DNA of 37,006 nt, taken from a virus. Lineage: Duplodnaviria > Caudoviricetes. The DNA is taken from IMG/VR virus record IMGVR_UViG_3300030372_002858, positions 1 through 37,006 of that record; one strand, written 5' to 3'. Under the pieces are notes generated by a model, which saw nothing but the letters and a program-made list of their open reading frames with translations, was not told the DNA's origin and searched no databases. Within the stretch, counting starts at the first letter, position 1, and every line of letters begins with the position of its first letter. The position numbers and the translations under genes are program-made. Positions 17,734-27,097 of the stretch are shown here, piece by piece.

Positions 17734-19473
17734 ATGTCAGACTCATCACCACCACCTCCCGCCAATGTCACTTATGGTGAAGCATTGGCAGATTCGTTAA
17801 GAGCACAAGCCGAGTTCCTCAAGGGAACGGGAGACTTTGCAGATGTGGGTAGCTTGGAAAGCTTGTTGCCTCTAGAAGAAAGCATCCGGAAGAAGACCGC
17901 GCAGACTGACACTGACATTCTCAGGCAGACGTTGTTGGGTGACGAGACTCAGGTCAAAGTGGTACGCACTCCTGACGGGCGATTCGGTATACCCGATGGG
18001 GAAGTAGTCATGTCAAGCGAAGGGCCAAGCGCAGGGCGGTATCAGTTAATAAGTCATGGCGGGTTTAGTTATGGTGGGGGGGAAAATTTAAAAATATTCG
18101 ATACTGAAACTGGAGGAGTGATAGATCGTAATCAACTGATGTTAGACGCTGGCTATATCAAGCCCGGTCCGGACGGAGGGTTCGTAGACACCGGAAAAGC
18201 TAGAGAGGACGGCATAGGTGTGTCTATAGGCGCTCAAGGCCCAGTTCTTGAAGGAAAAGCACATGAAAAATTTATATCAGACCAGTTTAAACGTCTCAAC
18301 AACGCAACCCCTACAGAAATTCAGCAAACTTTTAAATTCGAAAACCCATATACGGGTGAGCCTTTGCAAGAAGGGCAGACCATTACTGTTCGCGATGAAA
18401 CAGGCATGGTTGATCTCTTGGGTGATAGACGCGCAGTCCAAGAGTTTGATACAAAAACCGCAACGCAAGCGGATGTGGATGCCGGACTTGCCACGGAAGT
18501 CGGTGATTCCTTTGTTGCTCAAAGACAGACTCAACGCCAAGCGGGGTTTGATGACACGGGCAATTTCATGGGTCTTGCCGCAATGGCGGAGGACATTCAA
18601 CGAGGCAACTTATCACGCCAGCGCGAAGCCGACTTGCAAGACGTCGCTCGCTTATCCGGCTTGTACGGTGAGATCATGGAGGAGTACAAACCAGGCACGA
18701 CCTCCGCGATGACGGGCGCAAAGGATTTGATAGAGGGGCAAAAGGAAAACTTGCTCAGAAACGTCGGAATTTCAGACCCTGAGAAAGTCGCATCTCAAGG
18801 AGTACAAGCCGATCCGCTCAGGCAACAACTCATGACTGATGCCGAGCAAGCGCTTGGGCAAGGATTGACAGACCGCGAAGAGCGTCAGATTGCCGAGGCC
18901 GCACGCGCGCGTTCCACGATGATGGGCAGAACGTTTGATCAGTCAGGTGCAATCGCAGAAGCTGAAGCTCGCGTAGCCGAGGACAATCAGAGACGTATGC
19001 AAAACCGCGCATTTGCGCAACATGTACTCGGGCAGGAAGCGGGCATACAAACCGCAGACGATACACGTAGGCTCGGGGCGGATCAGTTTAACGTCGGCGC
19101 GCAAATGGATGCCGAGAGACTACGCGAATCACTCCGTCAACAAGGCTTGCTCGGATACCTGGATGCCGCAAGTCGCGTGTCGCAAATCGAGAACCAGGAA
19201 AGTATGCTCGATCCATTCCAAGCCATTCTTGGCAGAGGGGGAGGAACGGCACTACAACAAGGGCAGAGCGTGTTTGGACAAGCGGGATATGGGTTACAAT
19301 CTCAGCCGCAATACTTACGGCCCGAAGCGGGTCTTGGGTTCATACAGAACCAAGCGACCAATGCCGCCAATATGTATGCCGCTCAACAATCCGCAGCCGG
19401 GGCTAAGACAGCAGGCATATTTGGCGGGCTTGGCGCGCTTGGCGGGGGAATCGCAACAGGGATATTGGCTTAA
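17734..19473 (+). CDS. Internal virion / DNA ejection protein 1
   Basis: Q/A/G-rich helical protein ending GIFGGLGALGGGIA; position in the module. Confidence 0.7.
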   Translation: MSDSSPPPPANVTYGEALADSLRAQAEFLKGTGDFADVGSLESLLPLEESIRKKTAQTDTDILRQTLLGDETQVKVVRTPDGRFGIPDGEVVMSSEGPSAGRYQLISHGGFSYGGGENLKIFDTETGGVIDRNQLMLDAGYIKPGPDGGFVDTGKAREDGIGVSIGAQGPVLEGKAHEKFISDQFKRLNNATPTEIQQTFKFENPYTGEPLQEGQTITVRDETGMVDLLGDRRAVQEFDTKTATQADVDAGLATEVGDSFVAQRQTQRQAGFDDTGNFMGLAAMAEDIQRGNLSRQREADLQDVARLSGLYGEIMEEYKPGTTSAMTGAKDLIEGQKENLLRNVGISDPEKVASQGVQADPLRQQLMTDAEQALGQGLTDREERQIAEAARARSTMMGRTFDQSGAIAEAEARVAEDNQRRMQNRAFAQHVLGQEAGIQTADDTRRLGADQFNVGAQMDAERLRESLRQQGLLGYLDAASRVSQIENQESMLDPFQAILGRGGGTALQQGQSVFGQAGYGLQSQPQYLRPEAGLGFIQNQATNAANMYAAQQSAAGAKTAGIFGGLGALGGGIATGILA

Positions 19474-19490
19474 TCAAGGAGAACACAATC

Positions 19491-20777
19491 ATGGCACGAC
19501 CATATTTTACAGGGAATTACGGATCACCACTGATGAGCAATCAGGCTGCGGCAATGCTTGTCGCAGATCAAGGAGCGAAGACGGGACAAATGTACGCCCA
19601 AGCAGGCAAGGATATTGGGGGCGTGGTCAAACAGTACGGGTTGAATAAGGAGAAGCAGAAGAAGCAAAAGGCGAATATTAAATCGACTGTAAACTTCTTG
19701 GACTCGCTTGCTCAGAATGACCCGGCAATGGAAGATCAATATGCCTCAATGAAAGATCAACTGCTCAATGAGGATATTAGTTTAACCGAGCGTGATGCAC
19801 TTGCTAGTCAGGGCTTAAAACAAATCTCACTTTCATCTCAACATGAAACCCAGCGACTCAATCAAGATACCGCAAGGCTTGCAAACGAGTTTGCGAAAGA
19901 AACGAGAAACTTGCGTGCAGATATGTTAGGGCAACAGCGGGACTTTGGGGAAATTCGCAATAAACTACAGTCGCTTAATTTGGCTAAAGTCGCGCAATTG
20001 CAACCTGACGAGATTAAGGCAACGCTTGCTCAAGTGAAATCAATAATAGACACGATGCCATCACGCACCGCAGCTACCATTGCGCAAGCCGAAGGTGTTG
20101 TGCGAGATGAAAGCACGCGCGGTGCATATGTAGATTTACGTGGCGGGCCTCCGGGCGTAGCCGCGCAACAAGCAACACTGGAAGATTTGGCTGTAGAGCA
20201 AACGGAAGCAAATATAGATCGAACTCAGGGTTTAACAGATGCAATAGATGCAAAAGTGGAGTTAATGAAAAGACCACCTATTGATACCACGATTCCGGGG
20301 AATGCGAATATTGCCAAGGAGATCAAGGCCGTCAGTTCCGATATCGCGTCACTTGAAGATGAAGAAACAAAAGTGAGACACCCTGATGATGACAATAAGT
20401 ATCTCAAGATTAAAGATTTCTTTATCTATGATGATTACGAACAAAAGTATGTAGTTAATGAAAAACTAAAAGAAAAGTTATCGCCTCGCCTAGAAACGCA
20501 ATTTGATGCCCTTCGGCTTGCTTATGATAAGCAATACGAGTTACGTATGGATGAACTTGTACCTATTGATATCAAGCAAGACGATGGCAGTTTAAAGCAA
20601 GAATTTGTTCCAAGACGAGAGTACCTTAGATTAAAAAAACTCAAGGAGGATGCCGATGCCGCAGCAGCAGAGCAAGCCCGTCAAAACGAAATAATAAGGC
20701 GTTCCAATAAAATAAACAGAGATCCTTATATGCAACAGCCCGAAGTTGGCGGTATGGGATTTCCGTTTAGTCCATAG
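19491..20777 (+). CDS. Internal virion / DNA ejection protein 2
   Basis: AAGGAG RBS; helical coiled-coil composition; position in the module. Confidence 0.68.
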   Translation: MARPYFTGNYGSPLMSNQAAAMLVADQGAKTGQMYAQAGKDIGGVVKQYGLNKEKQKKQKANIKSTVNFLDSLAQNDPAMEDQYASMKDQLLNEDISLTERDALASQGLKQISLSSQHETQRLNQDTARLANEFAKETRNLRADMLGQQRDFGEIRNKLQSLNLAKVAQLQPDEIKATLAQVKSIIDTMPSRTAATIAQAEGVVRDESTRGAYVDLRGGPPGVAAQQATLEDLAVEQTEANIDRTQGLTDAIDAKVELMKRPPIDTTIPGNANIAKEIKAVSSDIASLEDEETKVRHPDDDNKYLKIKDFFIYDDYEQKYVVNEKLKEKLSPRLETQFDALRLAYDKQYELRMDELVPIDIKQDDGSLKQEFVPRREYLRLKKLKEDADAAAAEQARQNEIIRRSNKINRDPYMQQPEVGGMGFPFSP

Positions 20778-20796
20778 CCTCTATTGGGGTTAAATA

Positions 20797-23700
20797 ATGG
20801 CTAGGTTACAATATCAAAACTTATCTCCCGACCAAATAGATTGGGATGCGACCCATAGATCGCAAAACCCAAATTGGGCGCAAGACCTAACCCCCGATCA
20901 AATAGATTGGGAGTCCACTGAGGAGCGCCGGCATCGCTCCGTGCGCAGACCCGCACCCGAACCCGACTTCCTTGATACCGCTGCGATCATTGGTTGGGAA
21001 GTCATGCCAGCAATTGCGGGAAGTCTCGTATTATCGTGGTTAGGCCCGAAAGGTATTGCTCTCGGGGGCGCGATGGGGTCAGCAGCGGGCAACTATATGT
21101 CACAGCGTTATCGCATCAATCGTGGTTTCCAAAAAGACCTTGGCTATGGCGAACTTGCAGCGGCAACCGCAATAGGTGCAGTCCCGCTCTCCGCGCTTCC
21201 GGGCAAGGGCGCACTGGCACGCACCGCGATTCGCGGGACAGAGGGTAGTGCATTGGCAACGGGCGAGTTGTATGCGCGTACTTACCTGGACGAAGGGCGC
21301 GCACCGACGAGCGACGAAATATCGAAGACCTTGCTCTTTGGCGCTGCCTTTGGAGGAGTGCTGGGTGCAGCGGAAGCGAAGTGGTTAAGCATGAAAACCG
21401 GAGTGGATGACTTGGAGGGCAAGACCCGACCCCAAGCATTGAAGCTTTTGGAAAACAAGATTGATGACGTTGGTGGGCCTGCGAATTACGAAGCGATTTC
21501 ACCCACTGGATTCTTTACTTTTCGCGATCCCTATGGAAATTTCACTTTTCGCGATCCCGACGTGTTCGCTCCAACCGCTCGGGACACGAATGAACTTGGC
21601 CCGCGCAGACTTCAAGAGTTAGATCAACAAGCCTTACCTGGACAACGTGGGTTACCTGGCCCACGCCAAGCAAGACTAGGTGCGCCAAAGACCGGATCGG
21701 ACGTAATTATAGAAATCGAAGCAATGCCCGTCAAAGACTATGCCGAGGGTGTGCTTTCGGGATTGGAGAATAAACTCTTGCTTGAAACCGATGACATGGT
21801 TCGCGGGCTTGCTAGGAGTGACGAGGTTGCTCCCGAGTTCCAAGCTCTCAAGGATGCGTTTGAAAAGGAAATTGCGAGTAGTAACGAACTGTTCACTGGG
21901 ATCAACCCCATAGTCGCAAAAGGAAACCTCGCGGACAACAAGCGCTTGCGCGAGATCGATGCCGAGCTTGAGGAGTTGGGAATAGCTGAGCATGTTGGAG
22001 ACACATACGGCCCGGAAGCATTTACAGGCGCAACCACAAGCGCAAAGAATCGCAAGAAGATTGCCAAGCTTGAGAAGGAGCGTGACCGCTTACACCTCAA
22101 GCACGGGATCATACAGGTGCGTGGCGGGGCGGCAGGACTTGCCGTTGGAGCGGGGATGCTCTCGCAAGCCGAGGAGGAAGAACTGCGCGAGCTTGGGCCT
22201 TGGGGCATAGGCTTGGGCATGTTTGCGGCTGCGACAACGGGGAGCAAGCCAGGACTTTGGAAGCGAGCAAAAAACGCTATATTCGGGGGGAAAAAGCAGG
22301 CGGATAACGAAGTTGCCGAAGCTGCCAAAGCTAACAAGACTCCCCCGCCAGTAGAACCACCCGCACCTCCACCACCCGCAAAAACCGGAACTACACAAGC
22401 TTCGCAAGCAAGAAAGAAGCAGACCACGCCTCGGGACAAGCAAGATATTCGCGCATGGTACTTCGATGAGTTAATCGAGGCCATTGATGACGGAACTGAC
22501 CAGGTTCTTGTTGAGCAAGCAGTGCAAGAACTTGCGCGTCGCGCGGCAAGAGACAAGGGGTTCGCACTCCGCCTTCAGCGCAAGCTTGACGAGTTACAAC
22601 AAACAGGAAAAGCGCCCAAGTTGACCAAAGCAACGGTTACTGAGGAAGGTGCGGGCAGGCTCACTCCTGCCACAGACCCCGCAACTCGACAAGCGATTTC
22701 CGAAGGAATTGAGCAAGGCACGCTCGTTCAACCGCGCGGACTAGAAGGGCGTCACTTTTTCGATATGAAAAATGATGAGTTGCTCATAGCAATTCAGCGG
22801 GGTGATGCTGAAAGCGAAGTTGCTGCCCGCGAAGCGCTCAGGCGCGCAACGGAGGGAAAACCCAAGACCCGCAGGTTTTTCGAAAAGCACGCACCGATGA
22901 TCTTTCCAGCAATCCTAGCCTCCGGGGTTTCGATAGGCGCGGTTGCTGATATACTTGAAGAAGAGGACGAGAATGGGCAAATCAGACAAGCGGGCATGGG
23001 CGGATTCATGCTCCTCTTGCTTGCCGCAGGTTTGGGCCAACATGGATACAGGAAGTTCATGAAGACCAAGCAGGGTAGGCAAGCAAAGATTGCCGCTCAA
23101 TTGCACCCCAATAAGGTCGAGCCGGACGCTATCAAAGCAAAGCGCGTTGATACCGCTACGGAAAAAGCTCAGAACCTATACGTCCCACCAAGCGAGTTGA
23201 GGAAGACCATGCAAGGCGTGATGGACATGGCAAATCATATACTCGTCCCGTTATCCCGTAACCTTAAGAAAATCAGTCCAATCCTAGCTGGTGAGTTTCG
23301 CAAGCATGACGGAAAGATTCGCGTGAAAACTCGCGAGTACATGGATCGCGCTGCACCGTTCATCACGAATATGACGAAGATTCTTCGTCCGGAACTATTA
23401 AAGAAAATAGCTGGTGAAAAAGGTAACCCCGAGCTATTTCAAAGATTTAAATTTCTTTTGTTGAACGGAAAGTATCTTGCTACTGAAAAAGGAGAAGACT
23501 CGCTTGCAATAATGCTTGATGAAATGGTGGCATCAAGAATTATAGGTGTAAAAGAAAAAAATAAGTTAAGTAAAGAGATGATAGAAATGCGCGACGCTCT
23601 TGACGAGATCCGCACTTATGCTCGCGAGGAGGGTGGTATTGACGTTGGGTATTTTGAGAACTACTTCCCCCGCCAAGTAAACGATTACGCATCTTTTAAG

Positions 23701-25266
23701 AAGTACCTTGACGAAACGCTGGATAATCGCGACTTGAGGAACGATATCGAGAAGGCGTTGGATGAGTATGCGAAGAAATACAGTATACCATCCCGTGATT
23801 TAATCCCCGCAGACGAAGCGGCAGAAGTAACGTCTCGCGTTCTGCGCGGATATCCAACGCAACCAGGCGCGACTTTAGCCCCTAACTTTAAGAAACGTAG
23901 CTTAAACGAAGTCACGCCCGAGATGCTCGATGCATACGCTGACCCGGCAGATGCGTTGAAAACCTATATCGAGCGGGCAGTTGATTCGACTGAGCGTAGA
24001 GTATTCTTGGGTAGAAAACCTGCTACCGCATCAAAGACAGTTGGGTTCGAGGGAAGCAGGGATCGAGTGGGTAGCGACCTTGGTATGCGAATGGACGTAG
24101 ATGAAAGCTTGGGAGCTGCCGTAGCCAACCGCTTGGCTAAGGAGACGGGACAGAACCTGTCGCAAGAAGACGTGATTAAGCTCGCTTCAATCATTCAGTC
24201 GAGGTTTAGCGGGAAGACGGTCGATCCACTCATTCAGGGAATTAAAAACGCGAGTTACATACAAGTGATGGGTAACTTCGGTTCAGCGATTACGCAGCTT
24301 GCGGAGATTTCATATGCTGCGTTTTTCCACGGGTTCGACAATACTTTTCATGCGTTGTTCAATCGAAAAGACAACTTCAATTTTACCAAGCACTTCGGTT
24401 TGCAAGATCACCATATCGACGCTCAAACAAGTGCGGGCGGGTTGAGCAAGTTGCTTGATCAAGTGTTTACTGGAGTCGGACTTAAAAAGCTCGACCAGCT
24501 TTCCAAGAACACGATCATGAATGCATCGTGGAAAAAGTACCGCGCCCAAGCTTTGCGAGAGGGTGAGTCGGGAAAGCTCATGGATGAACTTAGCCCGATA
24601 TTCGGCAAAGAGCGTGCGAGATTGATGATTAGGGATTTGGTCAGCAAAAAGCCTAACTCGAAGAATCTGACCAAGCCTGTCGAGGAACTCATTTGGTACA
24701 AGTTTTTGGATCTTAATCCCGCAACCCTGACGGAGATGCCATCGGGATACACGCAGTCGGGCAATGCTCGCATTCTGTACATGCTTAAAACTTTTACCAT
24801 TAAACAATTTGACGTGTACCGCGAAGCCGCTGGCAAGGACGTTGCCCGCGCAACTGCTCTTTATAAAAAGGGAAACAAGAAAGCCGCAGCCAAAGCAGCA
24901 GGGGCAGCAGTTGCGAAGTTTGCCGGACTTGCTACCTTGTTTGCCGCTGCCAACGCATCTACCGACGTGGTCAAGGATACGCTTTATGGCAGACCGACCA
25001 AGCCCGACGAGTTGGTTACTAATAACATACTCCGTCTGATGGGCGTGAACCGTTACCTGGCGTACCAAGCAAAGCGCGAGGGATTGGGTAAATCGATTTT
25101 CAGTATGGCGCTTCCACCCACTGCTGTCATCGACCGTGCGGGTAAAGACTTGATGGACGTGATTGGTGACGGAGAATACAAGGGCAACATGTTACAGGGT
25201 ACACCGTTTGACCTCATCTACTGGCGCTACCTTGGCGGGCTTGACAAAATCGAAAACGCAAAGTAG
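20797..25266 (+). CDS. Large internal virion / DNA ejection protein (1489 aa)
   Basis: Last and largest structural gene; Gly/Ala hydrophobic segments, ENYFPR, C-terminal MLKTFTIKQ. Confidence 0.75.
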   Translation: MARLQYQNLSPDQIDWDATHRSQNPNWAQDLTPDQIDWESTEERRHRSVRRPAPEPDFLDTAAIIGWEVMPAIAGSLVLSWLGPKGIALGGAMGSAAGNYMSQRYRINRGFQKDLGYGELAAATAIGAVPLSALPGKGALARTAIRGTEGSALATGELYARTYLDEGRAPTSDEISKTLLFGAAFGGVLGAAEAKWLSMKTGVDDLEGKTRPQALKLLENKIDDVGGPANYEAISPTGFFTFRDPYGNFTFRDPDVFAPTARDTNELGPRRLQELDQQALPGQRGLPGPRQARLGAPKTGSDVIIEIEAMPVKDYAEGVLSGLENKLLLETDDMVRGLARSDEVAPEFQALKDAFEKEIASSNELFTGINPIVAKGNLADNKRLREIDAELEELGIAEHVGDTYGPEAFTGATTSAKNRKKIAKLEKERDRLHLKHGIIQVRGGAAGLAVGAGMLSQAEEEELRELGPWGIGLGMFAAATTGSKPGLWKRAKNAIFGGKKQADNEVAEAAKANKTPPPVEPPAPPPPAKTGTTQASQARKKQTTPRDKQDIRAWYFDELIEAIDDGTDQVLVEQAVQELARRAARDKGFALRLQRKLDELQQTGKAPKLTKATVTEEGAGRLTPATDPATRQAISEGIEQGTLVQPRGLEGRHFFDMKNDELLIAIQRGDAESEVAAREALRRATEGKPKTRRFFEKHAPMIFPAILASGVSIGAVADILEEEDENGQIRQAGMGGFMLLLLAAGLGQHGYRKFMKTKQGRQAKIAAQLHPNKVEPDAIKAKRVDTATEKAQNLYVPPSELRKTMQGVMDMANHILVPLSRNLKKISPILAGEFRKHDGKIRVKTREYMDRAAPFITNMTKILRPELLKKIAGEKGNPELFQRFKFLLLNGKYLATEKGEDSLAIMLDEMVASRIIGVKEKNKLSKEMIEMRDALDEIRTYAREEGGIDVGYFENYFPRQVNDYASFKKYLDETLDNRDLRNDIEKALDEYAKKYSIPSRDLIPADEAAEVTSRVLRGYPTQPGATLAPNFKKRSLNEVTPEMLDAYADPADALKTYIERAVDSTERRVFLGRKPATASKTVGFEGSRDRVGSDLGMRMDVDESLGAAVANRLAKETGQNLSQEDVIKLASIIQSRFSGKTVDPLIQGIKNASYIQVMGNFGSAITQLAEISYAAFFHGFDNTFHALFNRKDNFNFTKHFGLQDHHIDAQTSAGGLSKLLDQVFTGVGLKKLDQLSKNTIMNASWKKYRAQALREGESGKLMDELSPIFGKERARLMIRDLVSKKPNSKNLTKPVEELIWYKFLDLNPATLTEMPSGYTQSGNARILYMLKTFTIKQFDVYREAAGKDVARATALYKKGNKKAAAKAAGAAVAKFAGLATLFAAANASTDVVKDTLYGRPTKPDELVTNNILRLMGVNRYLAYQAKREGLGKSIFSMALPPTAVIDRAGKDLMDVIGDGEYKGNMLQGTPFDLIYWRYLGGLDKIENAK

Positions 25267-25320
25267 TCTGCGGGTTCTAGGTTTGTCCTGGAGTTAGATG
25301 CGGATGGGGACATTCGCGCC

Positions 25321-25346
25321 AAGCGGGGGAGACCCCGCTTTTTTTT
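25321..25346 (+). terminator. Rho-independent terminator of the structural operon
   Basis: AAGCGGGG-GAGA-CCCCGCTT followed by a T tract. Confidence 0.9.
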
Positions 25347-25477
25347 GTACCTAAAATCTCTTTGTGCAAAAAAGTAAAAAAAAATAAATAAGGCATTGAC
25401 ATACATGAAAGGATACTGTTTGAGTAGTCTCGTGTACCCAATGTCTACTAAGAGAATTTTGATCACCATTTCTTTGG

Positions 25478-25526
25478 GCCGGCGTAGCTCAGTTGGTAGA
25501 GCAGGAGACTCTTAATCTTTTGGTCG
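25478..25526 (+). other. 5' part of tRNA-Lys(CTT), probable attP core (not a complete tRNA)
   Basis: GCCGGCG-TA-GCTC-AGTTGGTA-GAGC-A-GGAGA-CTCTTAA-TCTTT-TGGTC; anticodon CTT at 25511-25513; T-arm broken and 3' acceptor strand absent; abuts the integrase gene. Confidence 0.8.
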
Positions 25527-25532
25527 AATCCC

Positions 25533-26654
25533 ATGAATACAGCAAAAACTAAAAATTGCACTTTACAGCAAAAAAAATACCATGTAGAAGATGAGGTCAT
25601 GCCCTCAATGCGATTGTATAGTCGCAACGGAAGGATCTACATGGAAACCTCATTTAACGATGAGCGCATCCGGAAGTCACTTGATACCTCTTGCCCCGAG
25701 GAGGCTCAAAGGAAAGCTCAAGAGTATGTTCTCGATTCTATTAACGAACGGATCGAGCGCATTGTCCCGCTTATAAGTGAGTTGTTCCGCATCTACGAGT
25801 TCAACCGCTTGCCAACGGGCAGGCAGGCAAGCGATGACACGAAGCGCAAGAACGTGGTGAAGATGAAACGCATCTTGAGTGAGTACGGGATCGACCCCGA
25901 AGTACACGATATCCGGTACTTTGCACGCAAGTATCGTGGGCAACCCATCCCTGAACACTTCGCCCAGTTCCACGACTCAAGCACTGTCCGCATGGCAAAG
26001 AGTTTGTTCTCCAAACAGTGGATGAGGTTTTACAAGGAACGCTTCGGGGTAGATACGAGCTTCTTTGCCAACTGGATTGCGGTTAGTTTGCAACCCGCGA
26101 AGGTAAGCAAGTTTTATAACGATGAGCGCGAACGTGCATTGATCGAGGAGAAGTGCGGAGCGTTAAAAAAGACCGACATTGATTTATACAAGGCGTATGT
26201 CCTAGCTTACGGGCTTGGATTGCGTAGCTCGGAAGTCATGCGTGCGAAATGGGATGACCTTTGGCAGACAGAAGAAAATAAGGTCATTCGCATATGGAAA
26301 CCCAAGGGGGTGAATGACGGTGAGGTTGATGGCGTTGGATTTCAAGACCGTCCATGCGATCCTGCTTGGTGGAACGAATTGATGAGCCTTAAATCGTCGG
26401 ACGATGGTTTGATCGTTCCGGTTATTCGCAATCGGATCACTCGCAAGTTCCCTGACTTTCTGCGCAAGGAGTGCGGTATGACTTGCACTCAACCTTTTCA
26501 TCGTCTGCGAAAATATGCGGGCCACCGCACCATGCGTTTGAATAACAATAATCCTTTTATTGCCCAACAAGTATTAGGTCACTCAAGTGTTGAGATGACT
26601 ACTAAAATTTATGTAGGACTACCTACGGTTATGACGAGCAATATACCTACCTAG
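25533..26654 (+). CDS. int: Tyrosine integrase
   Basis: GLRSSE (R), FHRLRK (HxxR), LGHSS, TTKIY (Y); N-terminal arm-binding-type domain; true start may be ATG 25599 (GAGG upstream). Confidence 0.92.
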   Translation: MNTAKTKNCTLQQKKYHVEDEVMPSMRLYSRNGRIYMETSFNDERIRKSLDTSCPEEAQRKAQEYVLDSINERIERIVPLISELFRIYEFNRLPTGRQASDDTKRKNVVKMKRILSEYGIDPEVHDIRYFARKYRGQPIPEHFAQFHDSSTVRMAKSLFSKQWMRFYKERFGVDTSFFANWIAVSLQPAKVSKFYNDERERALIEEKCGALKKTDIDLYKAYVLAYGLGLRSSEVMRAKWDDLWQTEENKVIRIWKPKGVNDGEVDGVGFQDRPCDPAWWNELMSLKSSDDGLIVPVIRNRITRKFPDFLRKECGMTCTQPFHRLRKYAGHRTMRLNNNNPFIAQQVLGHSSVEMTTKIYVGLPTVMTSNIPT

Positions 26655-26700
26655 ACTTCCAACCAATCGTATTTTCTTTTAGTTAGATGTCTAGCCGATC

Positions 26701-26717
26701 AGACTACAGAAAGCTAC
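26701..26717 (+). promoter_or_regulatory. AGACTAC-N3-AAGCTAC box (recurrent intergenic motif)
   Basis: 16/17 identical to 32051-32067; related copies near 1695, 6341, 8981, 27061 and 35690 (- strand). Confidence 0.6.
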
Positions 26718-26721
26718 AAAC

Positions 26722-26946
26722 ATGAAAACAACAATAGATATTAACGGACTTAGAATTGAACACGATGGAGGAGAATCGGTACTCCTTATTTCTGAAGCGC
26801 CGACGAAGATCGCAATAAGCGAACTGATGGACGAACTTATTTCTTTACGATCTGAAAGTGGAGAGGGATCGAAATTTGATCATCCTGCTCGGCAATCGCT
26901 TTGCAACCCGCTCGCAAAATCAAATCGTATAACTGAGCTTGAATGA
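26722..26946 (+). CDS. Hypothetical protein
   Basis: ATG just after the motif box; the last 110 bp overlap the RHH gene in antisense. Confidence 0.45.
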   Translation: MKTTIDINGLRIEHDGGESVLLISEAPTKIAISELMDELISLRSESGEGSKFDHPARQSLCNPLAKSNRITELE

Positions 26947-27040
26947 GTCCGGTATCTTCCGAAAGTTTTTGGACTCGCTCACGAACCTCAGTCGATAAGC
27001 GTATTGATATGGGTTTTGTCTTCGCAGTTGATCTTGGCAT
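26837..27040 (-). CDS. Ribbon-helix-helix regulator (candidate repressor)
   Basis: KPISIRLSTEVRERVQKLSEDTG strand-helix-helix pattern; divergent from the replication operon; ATG at 27040. Confidence 0.75.
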   Translation of the reverse strand: MPRSTAKTKPISIRLSTEVRERVQKLSEDTGLIQAQLYDLILRAGCKAIAEQDDQISIPLHFQIVKK

Positions 27041-27097
27041 GAGCAACTTTATTTCACACTGAAAAACATAAAGCAACACTAAAATACATAAAAATAT

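Noticed and set aside
21738-25068. Long antisense ORFs 21738..22556 and 24310..25068
   Set aside because: Shadows of the 1489-aa gene, with no motifs or RBS
25478-25555. Complete functional tRNA-Lys gene
   Set aside because: The T-stem 5' strand and TTC are missing, and there is no 3' acceptor strand (CGCCGGC) or CCA
26722-27040. Toxin-antitoxin pair (RHH antitoxin)
   Set aside because: The partner ORF is convergent rather than co-transcribed and shows no RelE/ParE/PIN motif
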